Of a stretch of DNA of 64,000 bases, positions 25,835 through 38,984 are shown piece by piece. The position numbers were made by a program, and so were the translations under genes. The stretch's first letter is position 1; each line of letters begins with the position of its first letter. The notes below the pieces were generated by a model. The model did no database searches and was not told where the DNA came from. It was given only the letters and a program-made list of their open reading frames with translations. This DNA comes from Marsupella aquatica (lineage: Eukaryota > Plantae > Marchantiophyta), in NCBI GenBank assembly GCA_973895155.1, contig OZ316892.1, positions 13,818,861-13,882,860 of the forward strand, in the 5' to 3' direction.

Positions 25835-27772
25835 CCGGGTCCCGGCTCGCTGATGCTGTTTGAATGTCATAATAATGAAAGACGAGCACGGTACCAATTC
25901 CCACGAGGTACGTAGGGTCCATGTAGGCGTGCGACAATTTATTGCCGACAGTCTCATTTGCGGAATCTGGCAATTAGCTACATGCAGAGCGTCGGGGAGG
26001 CGGCAACTTAGAATCAAGTGGACTTTGGCAGATTATTTGAATTTTGTTTTAGAATTTTTGTTGTTCAGATGAGGAGTGTGAATGTGTTCAGGAGGAGACC
26101 ATGCTAGTTTAGGCCCTGGGGGTTCGTGGGACGAGACGGGACGAAAATCTTCGTGACTTCGTCGATAGAGTGTCTGCCAGCGTCGGTTTGAGGTGTCTTT
26201 TGATATCAGACCTGTGTTCGGTTTGGAGGAGGTTTTCGAGGAGCTCTCGTCCGCGCCTTTGGCGTGATCGTGCTTCCCTTCTTGAACGCAGTCTTGATCA
26301 GCCTTCTCGTGATTCGTGGAGTGGGTACCTCGCCGATACGTCATCTTCGGTGAATTCGGGGGAATTCGGGTGAGTTTTTTCTTCTCTCTATCTCTCTCTC
26401 TATCTCTCACCATTCGTTGACACTATCTACGGATGTCTCTTGGGGATCTGCGTGATTCAATGCCACACCACCACAAAATTATAGAATGTCGACGAAGATC
26501 CAGTCGGATTATTGGACGAGGTAGGTACGAAGAGGGTCCGTAGTTCATCGAAGGAAGAGTGATCAAGTACTGTAGGAGGCAAAACAGGAGACGAACTTTT
26601 TCAACTTAGCATTATATAAAATAGGTAAAGGAACTTATTGTCTCCGAGGATTTAATCGATCGGTTATGGAGCCAAATGTGTGCAAGGAGTGTCCACGGTC
26701 TATCAAGGGAGACAAATCAGCTGGCTAGCAAAGCAGGAGACCTAACTTTTCCAAAGTACAGTGTTACAATTTACTTCATGAACGTCCGAGTTCAAACCAG
26801 GGGCTTGCCCCGGACCAAGAGGACGGAGAGACCAGTGCACAGCAGAGAAGCATGTCTGAGAGCGCATTGGTATGCTCAAACGATTCCCCCGCGAATTCAG
26901 TTACAGTGCTGCAGTGGCTGAATGTCACTACCGAATCACCCGGGCCTCATTAATTGCATTCTGCACTGCTGAATGGGATTCGCTTATGATGCTCGAAAAT
27001 GCATACTGTGGGTACTGCTGATGATGAATGCCCATATCTGTTTTCATGATTGACACTTTCGTCCTGCTTGTCGCTCCCGCATTGCGCGAATTGTCCGTGG
27101 CCGCAACTTCTCCCTCGACCGGATCACACGACTTGAATTTTTCCGTCGCTGTTTCTCTAAGGATGCTTCTTATTCACTGCAACAGTATGACTCTTTGTCC
27201 ACCCAATCAAGGAAGCACTCTATCCGATCGGCGGCGGGAACAGAGATGCCGGAAACAAGATCAGAGTTGCTGATTTACGTGATTGAAGATGAAGGTCAGG
27301 GCTGAGCTCGATAACAATCTTCGCTTCAGTTGCGGAACGAAGTAAACGCCCAAACATTTGCGCTTAGGTTACTCAGGAAAGTATGAGCAGTTGAGGTTAT
27401 ACTAGTGTATTTGGGACTGTCTTTTGAGTTAAAACCTAGCCTTCGGCGGGAGTCCAGTCTAAAACTTGAGTTCCTATAATCGACGTTGCGGGGATGTTTG
27501 AAGTCCAAATTGTAAAACAGGCACATGCCTTTCAGATCCTCTGTTGCCTGGGACGTTAGTCAGTAAAATAAGCTTATCTTCAGTCTGCCTTTCAGTCAGT
27601 TCTTTGCGTATTTGAACTCAAATCAATGACTGGTTTGGTGTTCCCCGACAGGGTGCATGACTATGTTGTCCTGAAATCATGCACGCAACAGTTCCTCTGG
27701 CATTGTGACAGTCTTCCATGGTCAACCGTTTGTTGGCAAAATCCTTGGTAAATTGGGGTGTGCTCTGACACT
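25835..27772 (+). repeat. Copy A of a ~2-kb non-coding duplication (paralog of 51105-53169)
   Basis: Colinear similarity along its whole length, e.g. CAGGAGACCTAACTTTTCCAAAGTACAGTGT, ACCAAGAGGACGGAGAGACCAGTGCACA, CAGGCACATGCCTTTCAGATCCTCTGTT and TTTGTTGGCAAAATCCTTG in both copies. No CHY exons follow this copy. Confidence 0.93.
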
Positions 27773-28944
27773 CAATGTCCTTCGTAATTGTTCTCTTTTG
27801 TAATTTTCAGGGCATTGTTGGAGGAAATGCAGAGTCAAGGTTTGGATGGCTCATTATGAAAGTTCTTATCCACTTTTACTAAAATTAGAAACTATAAAAA
27901 ACTCAGTCCTGTTCCCAGAGCATTATGTGCAATATTAGCCCCCAAAACTCGAGCTGAATCTCTTGCTTTTCGGTGCATTATATCACACAATGCGCTGCAA
28001 ACAAGACTACATCTTGCTGCCAAGGAGGGAGTTGGCTTTGCTTTAGTGAATTCAGAACTCTACTGTTCGCGGCACCTCTCGGACACATCTTGTTGTCGCG
28101 TAGTTAATCTCGAAGGTACTGTACCGTAATCGCGAGCGGGAAAATCTTTGGAGAGCAATCTGAATGTTGTGAACAATCCTGTACTTTGTGTTCCTCTCGT
28201 GCTGGCGCGGATGTGTTTCTGGACAGGCAGGGAAGTAAGCTCGATGGCGCAAGAAGGAATCTGTATGTTCGGAAACCGCACTCCATGCCTCTCCTGATTA
28301 ATGATTCAATTCTCTCAGAGCTCGGTACCGTACTGTAATTCTGTTGTGGAAACGCCGTAAGAAGAAATGAACACAAGATGATGTGCGTTTTTCAAATTTG
28401 AATTATCTCTGAATCAATGCACAGTGCTCTCGGAGTGCAGGAGCTCGATGGAGTTGAGATAGCAATGCCCATTCTCACACCGGGGACACCTGCTTGCTGT
28501 CGAGCTACTCCCTCGCAGCGAGAAGCGCATCCGAGGTACATTTTTAAAAACCAGAAATTCTTTTGCTGGAATGTTATTGCGGTGCCTTTGTGTTTGTTCA
28601 ATTTCCTTTCGCAGTGCCCTTCTTTTCTTCTCCATTCAACAGATAGATCGTTCATGATAAACAGTCATTTATGACCTATGTGATCCGATTTGGCCGACAC
28701 TAAACTCACCTGGAAACTGCTGTTCCGCTCCGTGCTTGTTATTCTTGGCTTTCCTACAGAATGATTAGCGTTTCTTCGCTCTTCGGACGGTGAGAGAATG
28801 AATTTACTAGCTCCCACAGCGAAGACAAACTAGGTAGGTGTTCGTCGTCGAGGGCACGGTTAGCTGCAGCAGAATTTTTCGTCGTCGAGGGCACGGGTAG
28901 CTGCAGCAGAATTGTAGCTGTGACGAGGGAGATCATTTGCCGCG

Positions 28945-31900
28945 ATGGAGGCCATGGTGAATCTTTCGACAGTAGGGGTGGGGAAGGACCAAATAGCAAG
29001 ATGGCTTAGCGAGACAGCAGGGACTCAGGAGGCCGCAGTTCGGGCTGCCACGGCTCATCTGGAAGCTGCGCGAGCTGTTCCGAAGTTTTCACTGTGTCTC
29101 CTACTCTTATCTGCCGGTATGGTTATATTTCTTCTCTTCTCGCATTTCCCCCTTCTTCCACCCCGCGAACGTGGTCTTTGTTTATATTGAAAATGTTGAT
29201 CACCTGGTCCCGTTGAAGGCCTGGCCTGCTCTTGGTCATGCTGACTAGTCTGAATGCGGAATGGACGACATGTTGAAGGAGAAACATGTAGTATATTTCC
29301 GGTACCATTTCGACCCAACGAGGCTTTGTGAAGTTCTGCCAATCATCAGAGCGCAAGTAGATGGATTCACCGGTTTGACCAATATTCGTGTTGCACGAAG
29401 GTGACTCTAAGCTTAGAATTCGATTCAGATTCCCTCAAAATTCTTCATGCGGAGACTGAACTTGTGAACGAAGGGTAGGCGCTGGACAATACGAGAAGAG
29501 ATTGGGCAACTTTGATCACTTGCGGATGGCAAGATTACCTGTGAACCAAGGAGTCAGGCCAGCTACAATATTTTGCGGAACAGACTGTCTGGAACTTCTG
29601 GGTGGTACAACGATATACAGCAGAGTTGGAGGCCACAGTGTCGATTGTAGCTGGCAGTACTGCAGCTTTGTACACTTCGTTCAAGTAACATATCAGGAAG
29701 AAATATGTAGCTCAATGCAATAACAGCTGTGCCCGGAGATCTCAAAGACGTGGAGAATTTTGCCATCGCAAGGATTGCTCAATCTGCTAGATCGCGGATA
29801 ATGCAGACAACGTCTTGGCCTTCACCACCTCCGCATTATCACGCGAATCATTGGCTTTACACGTTACCTCAGTGTCTCGAGGTTCATCGGACAATTGTGG
29901 TGCTCATGAAGCACCGGAACTTGAGTTTCCCTCGTACTTGTGGCGAGGACATAACAGTGGTTTGGAAGTAGGCAGGATGAAGTAAAGGTTTGCAGGTTGA
30001 CTTTTTCCAAGTATCGTCTGTCCTCAAGTGGCGGCAGGTTGCATGCCCCTTTCTAGTCCGTGGCAACTTGTTGCCAAAAATCTGTGGCCTTCAGCCATTG
30101 GGCGGACGAGGAGGAAGTTAAAGAATGAGTTTAGATTGTATAAGACCTGCTAGCTATGCTGCATGGGAGATACTTGTAGTACTCTCCGGGCCGTTGTAAT
30201 TGGTACATGAGTTTAAGCCTTGATTGATTGGTTTTCGTGCCGTGCTTTTTCTTGCAGGGGGTGATGACAAAGGTCAACGCGTAGCTGCTGCTACGTACCT
30301 CAAAAACTTTCTTCGAAATCACTGGACAGAGGAAGATGCAATGCCTGCTGAAGAGCGCCTCGAGTTCAGAAATCAGCTTGTGGAAGTCCTACTGAGAGTT
30401 GATGGGATTGTTCTGAAGCTTCTAGCGGAAGCAGTAAGTTCATTTTACCTCAGAATATTCAATGCTCTGCCAAACTTTTCTCGCGCAAACTTCGATGATC
30501 AAAGAGATATTTTCCTCAGAAAGTAGCACAAGGACGCAGAGAAACAAAGGTTAGTAGATTACATAGTGGTGCTGGCTAGAGAGTTTCCACCATATGATTT
30601 GCGTTACTTCAGCCTTCTCTCCTGTGGCTGGGGACGTGTCATATATCAATATTGTGATTTTATGTACTCCTGTTGATTTTACATCTAGTAGTTTCCTAAT
30701 GTCAAGAATAATGTGATCAGAGCTAGTAAAAATAACAGCCAAAAAAGTTCTAGTTTTGCTGTTCTCCATTGGTCTCAATGCAAAAGCATAAGAACTCATC
30801 TTGGAATGTCAGATGGAAAGGTTGTACGATAATTCGGTTGATCAGAGACACTGGCACCGTCGAATGTGTTGTAGTAAGCAAAAAGGGCCGAAATTTGTTG
30901 GAGGTCTAACCTTGATGTCAGTGGTGGAGGTAGTGGAATGTCATCGCTTGTTTTCTTTGTACAGTAGGATTCTCGAAGGTAACTCTAGTGTGGTTCGTGG
31001 TGCAGTTTCGGTTGGTCGCAGTCAGTGACTTTGCACGGAACACTGCATGGCCTGAGTTGGTGCCTGCCCTCAGAAGTGCTATTCAAAACAGTGATCTCGT
31101 GAGTGGAGCTGCTGGTGCTGCCGACTTTAAAACTTTGAATGTGCTGATTGCGGTGCAAACCATTACCAAACCCTTTCAGGTACTAATTTTTCAGGTCCGC
31201 CAAGTAACTGCTTCGATTGGGAGTCCAACCCGGATACTTCTAGAGTATCAAGTATATGCCCCATTGCAATTAACATTGGAGTTAAGTTGCGCAGCACTTG
31301 AATTCTTTCAACCTGCAAAACTGGAGACCCTTTGTATAAAACCCCGTTCAACCCCTGGTGTGATTTATCAACACTGCTTGGAAGACTAAGAGACATAGCA
31401 TTTCTATGAATTAAAGTGGCCAGCTTGATTGTTGCTGTGCACAGTTGCAGGCCTGTGACATGACTCTGTCAATTTTTTCCGCCACTTTTCCAGAAACTGA
31501 TCCTTTTTCACCCTTATCTTTACTCTGAAAGCGAATATGTATTGGTTTCTAGTTGACCTATTGGTGACGAGCGTGGAAAACGTTTGCAGTACTTTATGGA
31601 TCCAACAGTGGCAAGGGAACCTGTCCCTGAACAACTGGAGTTGATTGGGAAAGAACTACTAGCTCCTCTTCATGGAATTTTCCATCATCTCGTACAGCAG
31701 GTATGATCAGAAAAAGATGGTTATCAGTGCAGAGTCTTCTTCGTATGTGCCCGAAAGGGTTGTTGATCAAATTATGACTTTAGAAGATTGACTTGCTGCA
31801 CGATAATTATATATACTGGGATCTAAATTGGAGCGCCCTCACAGGTTGCAGCATCAAAAGACGAGGCAGCTGCACAACATGACAACATTCTTTTGGTGCT

Positions 31901-34900
31901 GTGCAAGTCGTTCCATCTCGCTGTAAGACTACTTTCAAAGACAAAACAGTTCACTCCAGCTAGAAGTGATCTCATCCTGGCTGTATCAGTCCCTTCGCTG
32001 TTTCTTGTATATGAAAACACTGGATAATCTGCTTGAAGTTATTCGCTTAGATTTACGTGAACTATATCCTAAGCAAACGGGGAACTTTAATGCGGCAGTT
32101 GCTATCGAACATATTTTCGCAAAGTAATGGGTCACTTGAGCACTTAAATTGTTGCTTGGTTGTCTTCTGCAGGTAAAGTCACATATGCCTTCAACGCTTC
32201 TGCCCTACCTCGGCCAATGGTTTCAAGATATCATGGTCTTGTTACAGATGGTTGTCTTAGAGAAGAGATTGGATGAGCCTGAGCAATTGTGGAGGCTAAA
32301 AACTTGGAAGAGAGCGTTGCAAATATGTTGCAATCTAATTACCCGACATCGCAAGCATGTTGATAAGTATGGGTCACTGCTTATTCTCACATTCTTATCC
32401 TTCTTAATAATTCCTGTTTCTGATCCAACTCGAGGCAAAATTTTGAGTAAGATGGAAAAAGAAATTTTCCTTTTCAGAATTTTGGATATTGTTCATGTCA
32501 GACGTCGTCTGGCAGATAACATTTTGGAAAAATGTTATCTGCCAGACGTCGTTGCAATTTATGCAGAGCCCTCTGAAAACTGTTTTGCCTGTTTTAAAGT
32601 ACATCAAAGGTCTGCTGTTCTTTCTTAATTGATGAAATTGGACAATCATTGATCCAGATACTTGCCAGCAATGTCTCAAATGGCTCTCAAAATCGCAGGG
32701 CAAGGTATAATAAAGGTACCAATTATAATAATCCTAGTGATTGATCTGCTCAGCCGATAACATTTTTGTTTTAGTCAGAGCTTGGTTTCGTTGCATTGTA
32801 GAGAATTGAGCTGTATGTTGTACATAGGACTTCAGGTATTCTTTTGTGTTTTTCAAGTCTTGATCATCGGCAACTGAATTTGCTTGTTTGATGGTCTCAG
32901 GAGCTTCACCCCATGCAGGAGCGCATCATTTCCCTTGCATTTGATGTTATATCGAATATACTAGAAACAGGGCCTGTAAGTCGTCCACTGACACAAATGC
33001 ATGAGAAATTGGGAATGCTTTTTTAAATAATCGTACTTTTTAACTGTGCAGCCTGGTGGGTAGACCATGACCTACCATTTTGATCACTTGTCTGTTGCGA
33101 TTTCTAGGGCTGGCGGCTCATGGCACCTCACTTTTCAAATCTCCTAGAAAGTGCTATATTTCCAGCTCTTCGACTCACTGAAAAGGTAACAAATAGTCTA
33201 TGGAATGATCTTTCCTGCGGCAAAGTATGTCAGCTATAGGACCAACACTTATTCTTCCCATAATGGTCCAGTATGTTAAGTCCGCTGGTCGGCAGTTGTC
33301 TCATGAAAATAAGTCTATTTCAATCAAAACAGTTTGCGTTGTGCAGGACATGGCAGAGTGGGAAGAAGATGAAGATGAATACTTGAGAAAGAATCTCCCT
33401 TCTGACCTGGTACATGAGATCTTGAAGACTGCTTTGATGTGCATGCTTGTATCAGAGGATCATCTTTTGATGATAATGCTTTTGTTATGCCTGGATTGTT
33501 GAACGCCTTCTCTGCACTGTATCGGAGCCGTTGTGATAAATAAACTAGAGCGGGTCACCTCTAATGTGGAACTTTGATTAGTACAAATTCTGTGATCTTC
33601 TTTGCCCAGATCCCTCCGAGAGTTTCAGTCAATGATTGTCATATGTTTTCGTAATGCCAATTTAGTCGTACATCTTCAAATTGTTCAGTTCCTGGCTAAT
33701 GTGTAGGATGAGGCGAGTGGCTGGAAAGATGATCTTCTCGTACCTCGTCAAAGTGCAATCAACCTATTGGGTCTGATTGCTACATCAAAGGTCGGTTGAT
33801 CTGGTCCTCGTTCAAGTTTGAGAGAGTTGAGAGAGTGGTCACTTTGGCGTTCTTTATATCTGAGAGAAGATGATCTAGCATTTTCTTGCAAAATCTTCTT
33901 GTCATGATTTGTGATTTCCTGGGTATGAGGCATCTAGCATGCACTCACACATTGGACACTCTCATTCAGGGTCCACCAATCAGTGCTGCAGCAAAGAAAG
34001 TGGCCGCTATGAAACGGAAAAAGGGTGGCAAAGGAAGGGGAAAGGACGGACAAGGGACAGCTGGGGACCTTTTAGTCTTACCCTTTTTGTCGCAATTCCC
34101 CCTCCCAACACCCGACGCCCCATCATCCTCGGAAGTTGTGATCAAGTACGTTGCCGACAGTTCCTGTTTCAATTTATCATACTGGATTTGAGATAGCTGG
34201 AATTTACTTGCAAAGGAAGATGTGAAGAACATTTAAAGAGGTAATAATTAGTCAATTAGAACAGGCAGTATACTACGCGAAGAGAAATTTTCTCAATTTT
34301 CCCGGTAGTGTTTAACATCTATCTATCACTTTTACCTCATTGGACTTCTCAACCAAGTTGGGTGTTCGCTGTGGCCCATCCATAATAGCTTAAATTTATA
34401 TCTGGGTTTAGTGAATACCTAGCTTTGACGTTGAAATGGAGACTTGAAATTTTACTAATCCTGGAGTACTAACCTACTGGTGGTGCTCCCTCCTCTGGCA
34501 GTTACTATGGAGTGTTGATGGCTTACGGCGGTCTTGCACAGGTTAGAAACTCTTTTTAATCCTGATCACAGCTGTCACCTAAGGACCATCATCTATTGAC
34601 ATAGCATTATGTACCTGCAGGTGTTTCTGAAACAATAGAAACTCTGCTGTCATGCATTAAGCTGGTCTACTCTGCTACCTCTAGTCAATCCGAAAATTTG
34701 TCTCCTTCGACCCGTAGCAAGCAACGTCCTTTTTCTTTCATTCTCTGTGTTCTTTCCGCGAGTGAGAACTCTTGTGTCCTAAAAAATTGGAGCTATAGTG
34801 AATTGCAGGACTTATTACGGACTGTCTTGCATTTGCCGGCAGTTTCTCAAGACTCAGTCAGCAGACAAAGTAACCTTCTTGCTTCAAACCCGAGTGTTTC

Positions 34901-37900
34901 CTCTGTACACGATGGGAACTCCTTCTCCATATGTGCTGGCTAGTGCGAATTGGTTGCTTGGCAAGCTAGCCACTTGCTTGCCCGAGGTATGAAAATGCTA
35001 GTACCTTTGTAGCTTTGAAACTGGGTCAATTCTCCATATATTTAATGCATTGTGAGTGTTCGTGTTTTCCAAAGACCCACTGCTCTTTGCAATTGGTTTT
35101 GTGAAGTAGGAATTGAATGAAGACATCTATAATGCTCTATTGAAAGCATTGCTTGCTCCAAATATTGGGGATGTATCTTGGCGTCCTGTGAGAGCATCAG
35201 CTGCTGGAGCTGTTTCTACACTTCTCCAGGTTCTTACTCCTTCGCCAACGATAAAGGACCTACTTTTCCTGTGAATAAAATCGTTGAAGCTCCCTTAAAG
35301 ACGAAAGGGTCTCCTCTTACTTGATCAGCTTCTAATTTGTCACACAGGAACATTCAAGCATCTAACGTCACGGCGTTGATTTCTCCCTATTTTGCAATTA
35401 GATCTCATAATGCCAGGAAGAAATACGGTTACTTGAATACTGTGTAGGTCCTATTTCAAATGCTTTCTAGCAGTATTGTTTGTCATATTTCCTGCCAAAA
35501 ATTTCCCTTCAACATAATCAGGCAGATTCATCCTCAGAAAGTGTAGTTCACACGAGACTAACTTGCGGTGGCCCTTGTTAGCAGGAAGAGTACAAACCTG
35601 TACAATGGCTGCCGTTGTTGCAAGCTTCTGTTGCAGGTGCCCGGATGGAGGAAGAAGGGGAAGCAACGATTGCTTTGCAGCTGCTGGCTAATGTTGCCGA
35701 TGCTGGTGAAGATCATGTTGCACCTCACGTACCAGCCATAACCGCGGCTGTGCAGGGGGAAATATCTCGACACATCCCTCCACATCCTGAACCCTGGCCA
35801 CAGGTATAATTCTTGTGGACATCTATGACACAAAATTTGTTTGGAGAAATCCTATTCCTTGGGGTCGTCGTATCGAAGTAGCACTTGTGCAAAGGTTGGT
35901 GTCTGCAATTTCAAGAAACCCAACAGAAAACACACACTCTATGAGAGGCGCTGCGGTGAATTAAAACTACCTAACGAATATCAGCGTACCTCGAGTCAGA
36001 TGGAAGTGTCTACTCCATATATTTTTTATGAGCAGTCGTCTGCGAGAAAGGACCAAATCGTCCTCAATTCTCATACACCTAATATTGCCTGTAGATGGTG
36101 GAATTGGGATTTTCTGCCGTGGCGTCTCTTGCACAAACATGGGACAGCGCAGAGCCAGAGGAAGATGAGGACGGTGGAAAGGCATTAGAAAATTGGAAAG
36201 CTGGTTGTATTACAGTCGCCAGCACATTTGCAGAGCTCTTACAAAGGGCCTGGCTGCCAACATCAATTGTAAGTCCTTTTACTTGAGCTCAGGGATCTTA
36301 GATGGGACTACTTATCTCGATTTTCTCCGTCTACCTTCTTAGTTTCCTGAAAAGAGGCTACATCAGGTACAATTATTAACTCTTTCCCAGAATTTAAATC
36401 TTAACTCCCAGCCATTTCTAGATGGCTTTGCATTTTCCCACTGATAGGCTTTTCTATTCTTTGTGCGTGCAGGACGGTTCTGTAGTTGTATCTGCTCCAC
36501 CTCCACCTCCATCATGTTTGAACGATGCCTCGGTGCTGCTTGCGGCAGTACTGAGGTATACACCAGACTCAGCTGTTGGTGCTCGCTTGAAGGTTGAGCC
36601 ACTTTTGCAAGTGTGGGCAAATTTGATATCTGAGTGGAATGCTTGGGAAGAGGAGGAGGACGAATCTGTCTTCGAAGCGATTGAAGAAGCAGTGTTATTA
36701 CATGTGAGTATGAGTTTTCATGACCCAATTTTGCGGCAATCTCCAGTAACAAAGATGGACATTCACCTATTTGATTGAAATTCACGATTTGATTGAACTC
36801 AGATAACACAATCTCTTGGCACTTTGAAGGCTATGAGAGCGGATAAGCTCGTCAATTATCTATACTGACGTAGATTCTTTGCTGTTGAATATTTGTTAGT
36901 ACAAGTGTTCTAAGATCTCGTTCAATACACATGTAAAGTTACAGCCTGGAAATCATATGAACTAATGTCTCAACCCATTTTCTTTGACAGGGAAGATCTC
37001 CATTCCGCCATTTCACGATAGCAGATTCCCTTCCAGCTTTGTCAGGAACCTCAGCACCAACTAGGTCAATTCTAGAAGGTTTGGTAACATTCGTAACCCA
37101 GTCAATTGAAGTGGCGTACCCTGCTGCTGTATGGCGAGCATGTCGGTGCACACATGAACTCTTGCATTCAACTGCTCTGTCATTCGAGGGAGAGGAGATG
37201 TCCAAGATTCTGGTGACACGTTTCACACAGTCTGCAATCAGACGTCTCAAAGCTTTGAGTAGTGTGAAAGTTCCTCTAGCAAAACCACTGGTTCTAGCTA
37301 TTGCCACATGTTATGTGTGTCTTCCAAAAGAAACTGGAAACATCCTTGCAATGGAGGATAAGATGAAAGACGACAAGGAGGCCAGTGAGAATTTGTTACT
37401 TTGGGGTGAGGCTCTGGCAGTACTGTCGGAAACTGAAGCAGATCCGGGATTATCTTTGGAGTGCGAGATCAAGCTCGCCGGTATGACAATGAATTCTCGG
37501 ATGACAGACACCTGTGTCAAGAGTTGTTTTTGCGAATAGACGGCTTTGATTATGAGTCGGTTGGCTTTCAGAAACACTAGTTCATTTCATCTAAGTACGC
37601 TGCCTGATATTTGGTTCTTCTGATAGGATGTGAATCCCTTGGGGCTGCTCTTGGTATTGTTTCCTCTTTTTGTAAGACTGGTGAGAAAGCAGACTCTCTG
37701 TACAAGGATTCATGAAGCACGTTCGATTTTTCTGTTTGTTCCAGTGCTGTCGCTATTGAAGATTCTGGAGCATTTGCTGAACACAAAGCAGGTTGTGGAA
37801 GGGACTAAGGGTTTTGATGTAGCGCAACATTGTTTTCGTTCACTTTTGGAATCCACTGTGGATCTCAAGGAAGTTCAGGAATCTTCAGAGATCGGTAGCA

Positions 37901-38984
37901 GTGAAGATGACGATGACAATGACTCGGATGAAAGTGATGACAGTGAAGACGACGATGACGACGATGAGGATGGCTCAAATGACAGTGAATCGGTATGTTT
38001 TCAACCCACGTACTTGAATCATAGATCACAATCTTCTGCGACCTCGGATGTGGATTACCTTGACTTACCGTAATGTTTAAAGGTCAAAGCTATAACTTTC
38101 GGGAACCGACGATTTTTAAGGCCAGGCTTCTTTCTCATCGATCCCAACATTGGCAAAGATATTAATAGCAGACTAAATCGAACTGATTCATCTTGCACCT
38201 AGATGCGGGGTCTTGTAAACCTGTTGAGACAAGATTGTCAAATATGTTCGAACTTGTTTCCTGGCACTACCTTGCTCGTCTTGTATTTCATTTTGGTGCT
38301 TTCAGTCGCTGGTTCTCGTTTTGGTCCTAGCTTGAACCTAGATTGCATTTGTGACCTGTGTGCGGTACAGAACTCTGATGATAACGGCTCAGAAGAAGAA
38401 CATGAAGAAACAGAGGATGAATTTTTGGAGAGATACGCACAGACTGCAAGAGAGCTTGAAGAGGAGGCAATCGAGGAGGCAGAGGGTGGTCAGGAAGAAG
38501 ATGGACAAGACCTTGAGCTTGGTGAGTCATCTCTACTAACGTTATTGTAGTTCATCTCCATATCTTTAGACCCACACTACTGGTATGCTGTAGAAAAATT
38601 GGCTGGTAACTCCATGTAGGTATGTATGCGTATTCTGACCATTTGGCTTACTGTGAAGTGCCACGCACCTGCTGTACGAAAGTTATCAATGTCCAGCCAC
38701 TAAGAAATCCGACTCTTGCGCCATCCCTCCACTTCCAATAGCAGATTTAGTAATATTGGGAGATTCGGTCTGTTTTCGTTTAACAAAGAACATTGTGTCT
38801 AAAGTGCTGAAAGTTTTCATGTTGAATCATTGCAGGTGTGCTGGATCTGGTAAACCCAGAATTGCAAGTAATGGCATTCATCCAGGCCTATTCCAAAGAG
38901 CTGCTCCACAAGCGACAAGTGTCACTGGATCTCATAAATAGATTCAAAGAAAAATTTCCTGACTCAAAGCAGTTCTTGCCATGA
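28945..38984 (+). CDS. Importin-beta-like karyopherin (ARM/HEAT repeats), At3g17340/PLANTKAP-like; often annotated as importin beta-like SAD2
   Basis: About 22 exons: 28945-29116, 30258-30433, 31006-31179, 31590-31700, 31844-31922, 32173-32366, 32658-32714, 32901-32975, 33108-33185, 33347-33409, 33707-33790, 33970-34145, 34502-34541, 34843-34986, 35110-35229, 35586-35803, 36095-36268, 36473-36703, 36991-37480, 37745-37992, 38371-38521, 38836-38984 (TGA). Motifs: IBN_N-like QRVAAATYLKNF, AWPELVP, KPFQYFMDPTVAREPVPEQLE, EWEEDEDEYLRKNLPSDL and an acidic D/E-rich C-terminal loop. Confidence 0.92.

Noticed and set aside
26170-26373. Similar 67-aa and 144-aa ORFs in the duplicated leader (with 51480-51914)
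   Set aside because: Both have non-ATG starts, and a ~10-nt indel between copies shifts the upstream frame. The similarity is explained by DNA duplication.
27028-27273. Paralogous ORFs MPIS... (with 52376-52663)
   Set aside because: The copies differ by frameshifts and many replacement changes and have different stops. They lie within a predicted intron.
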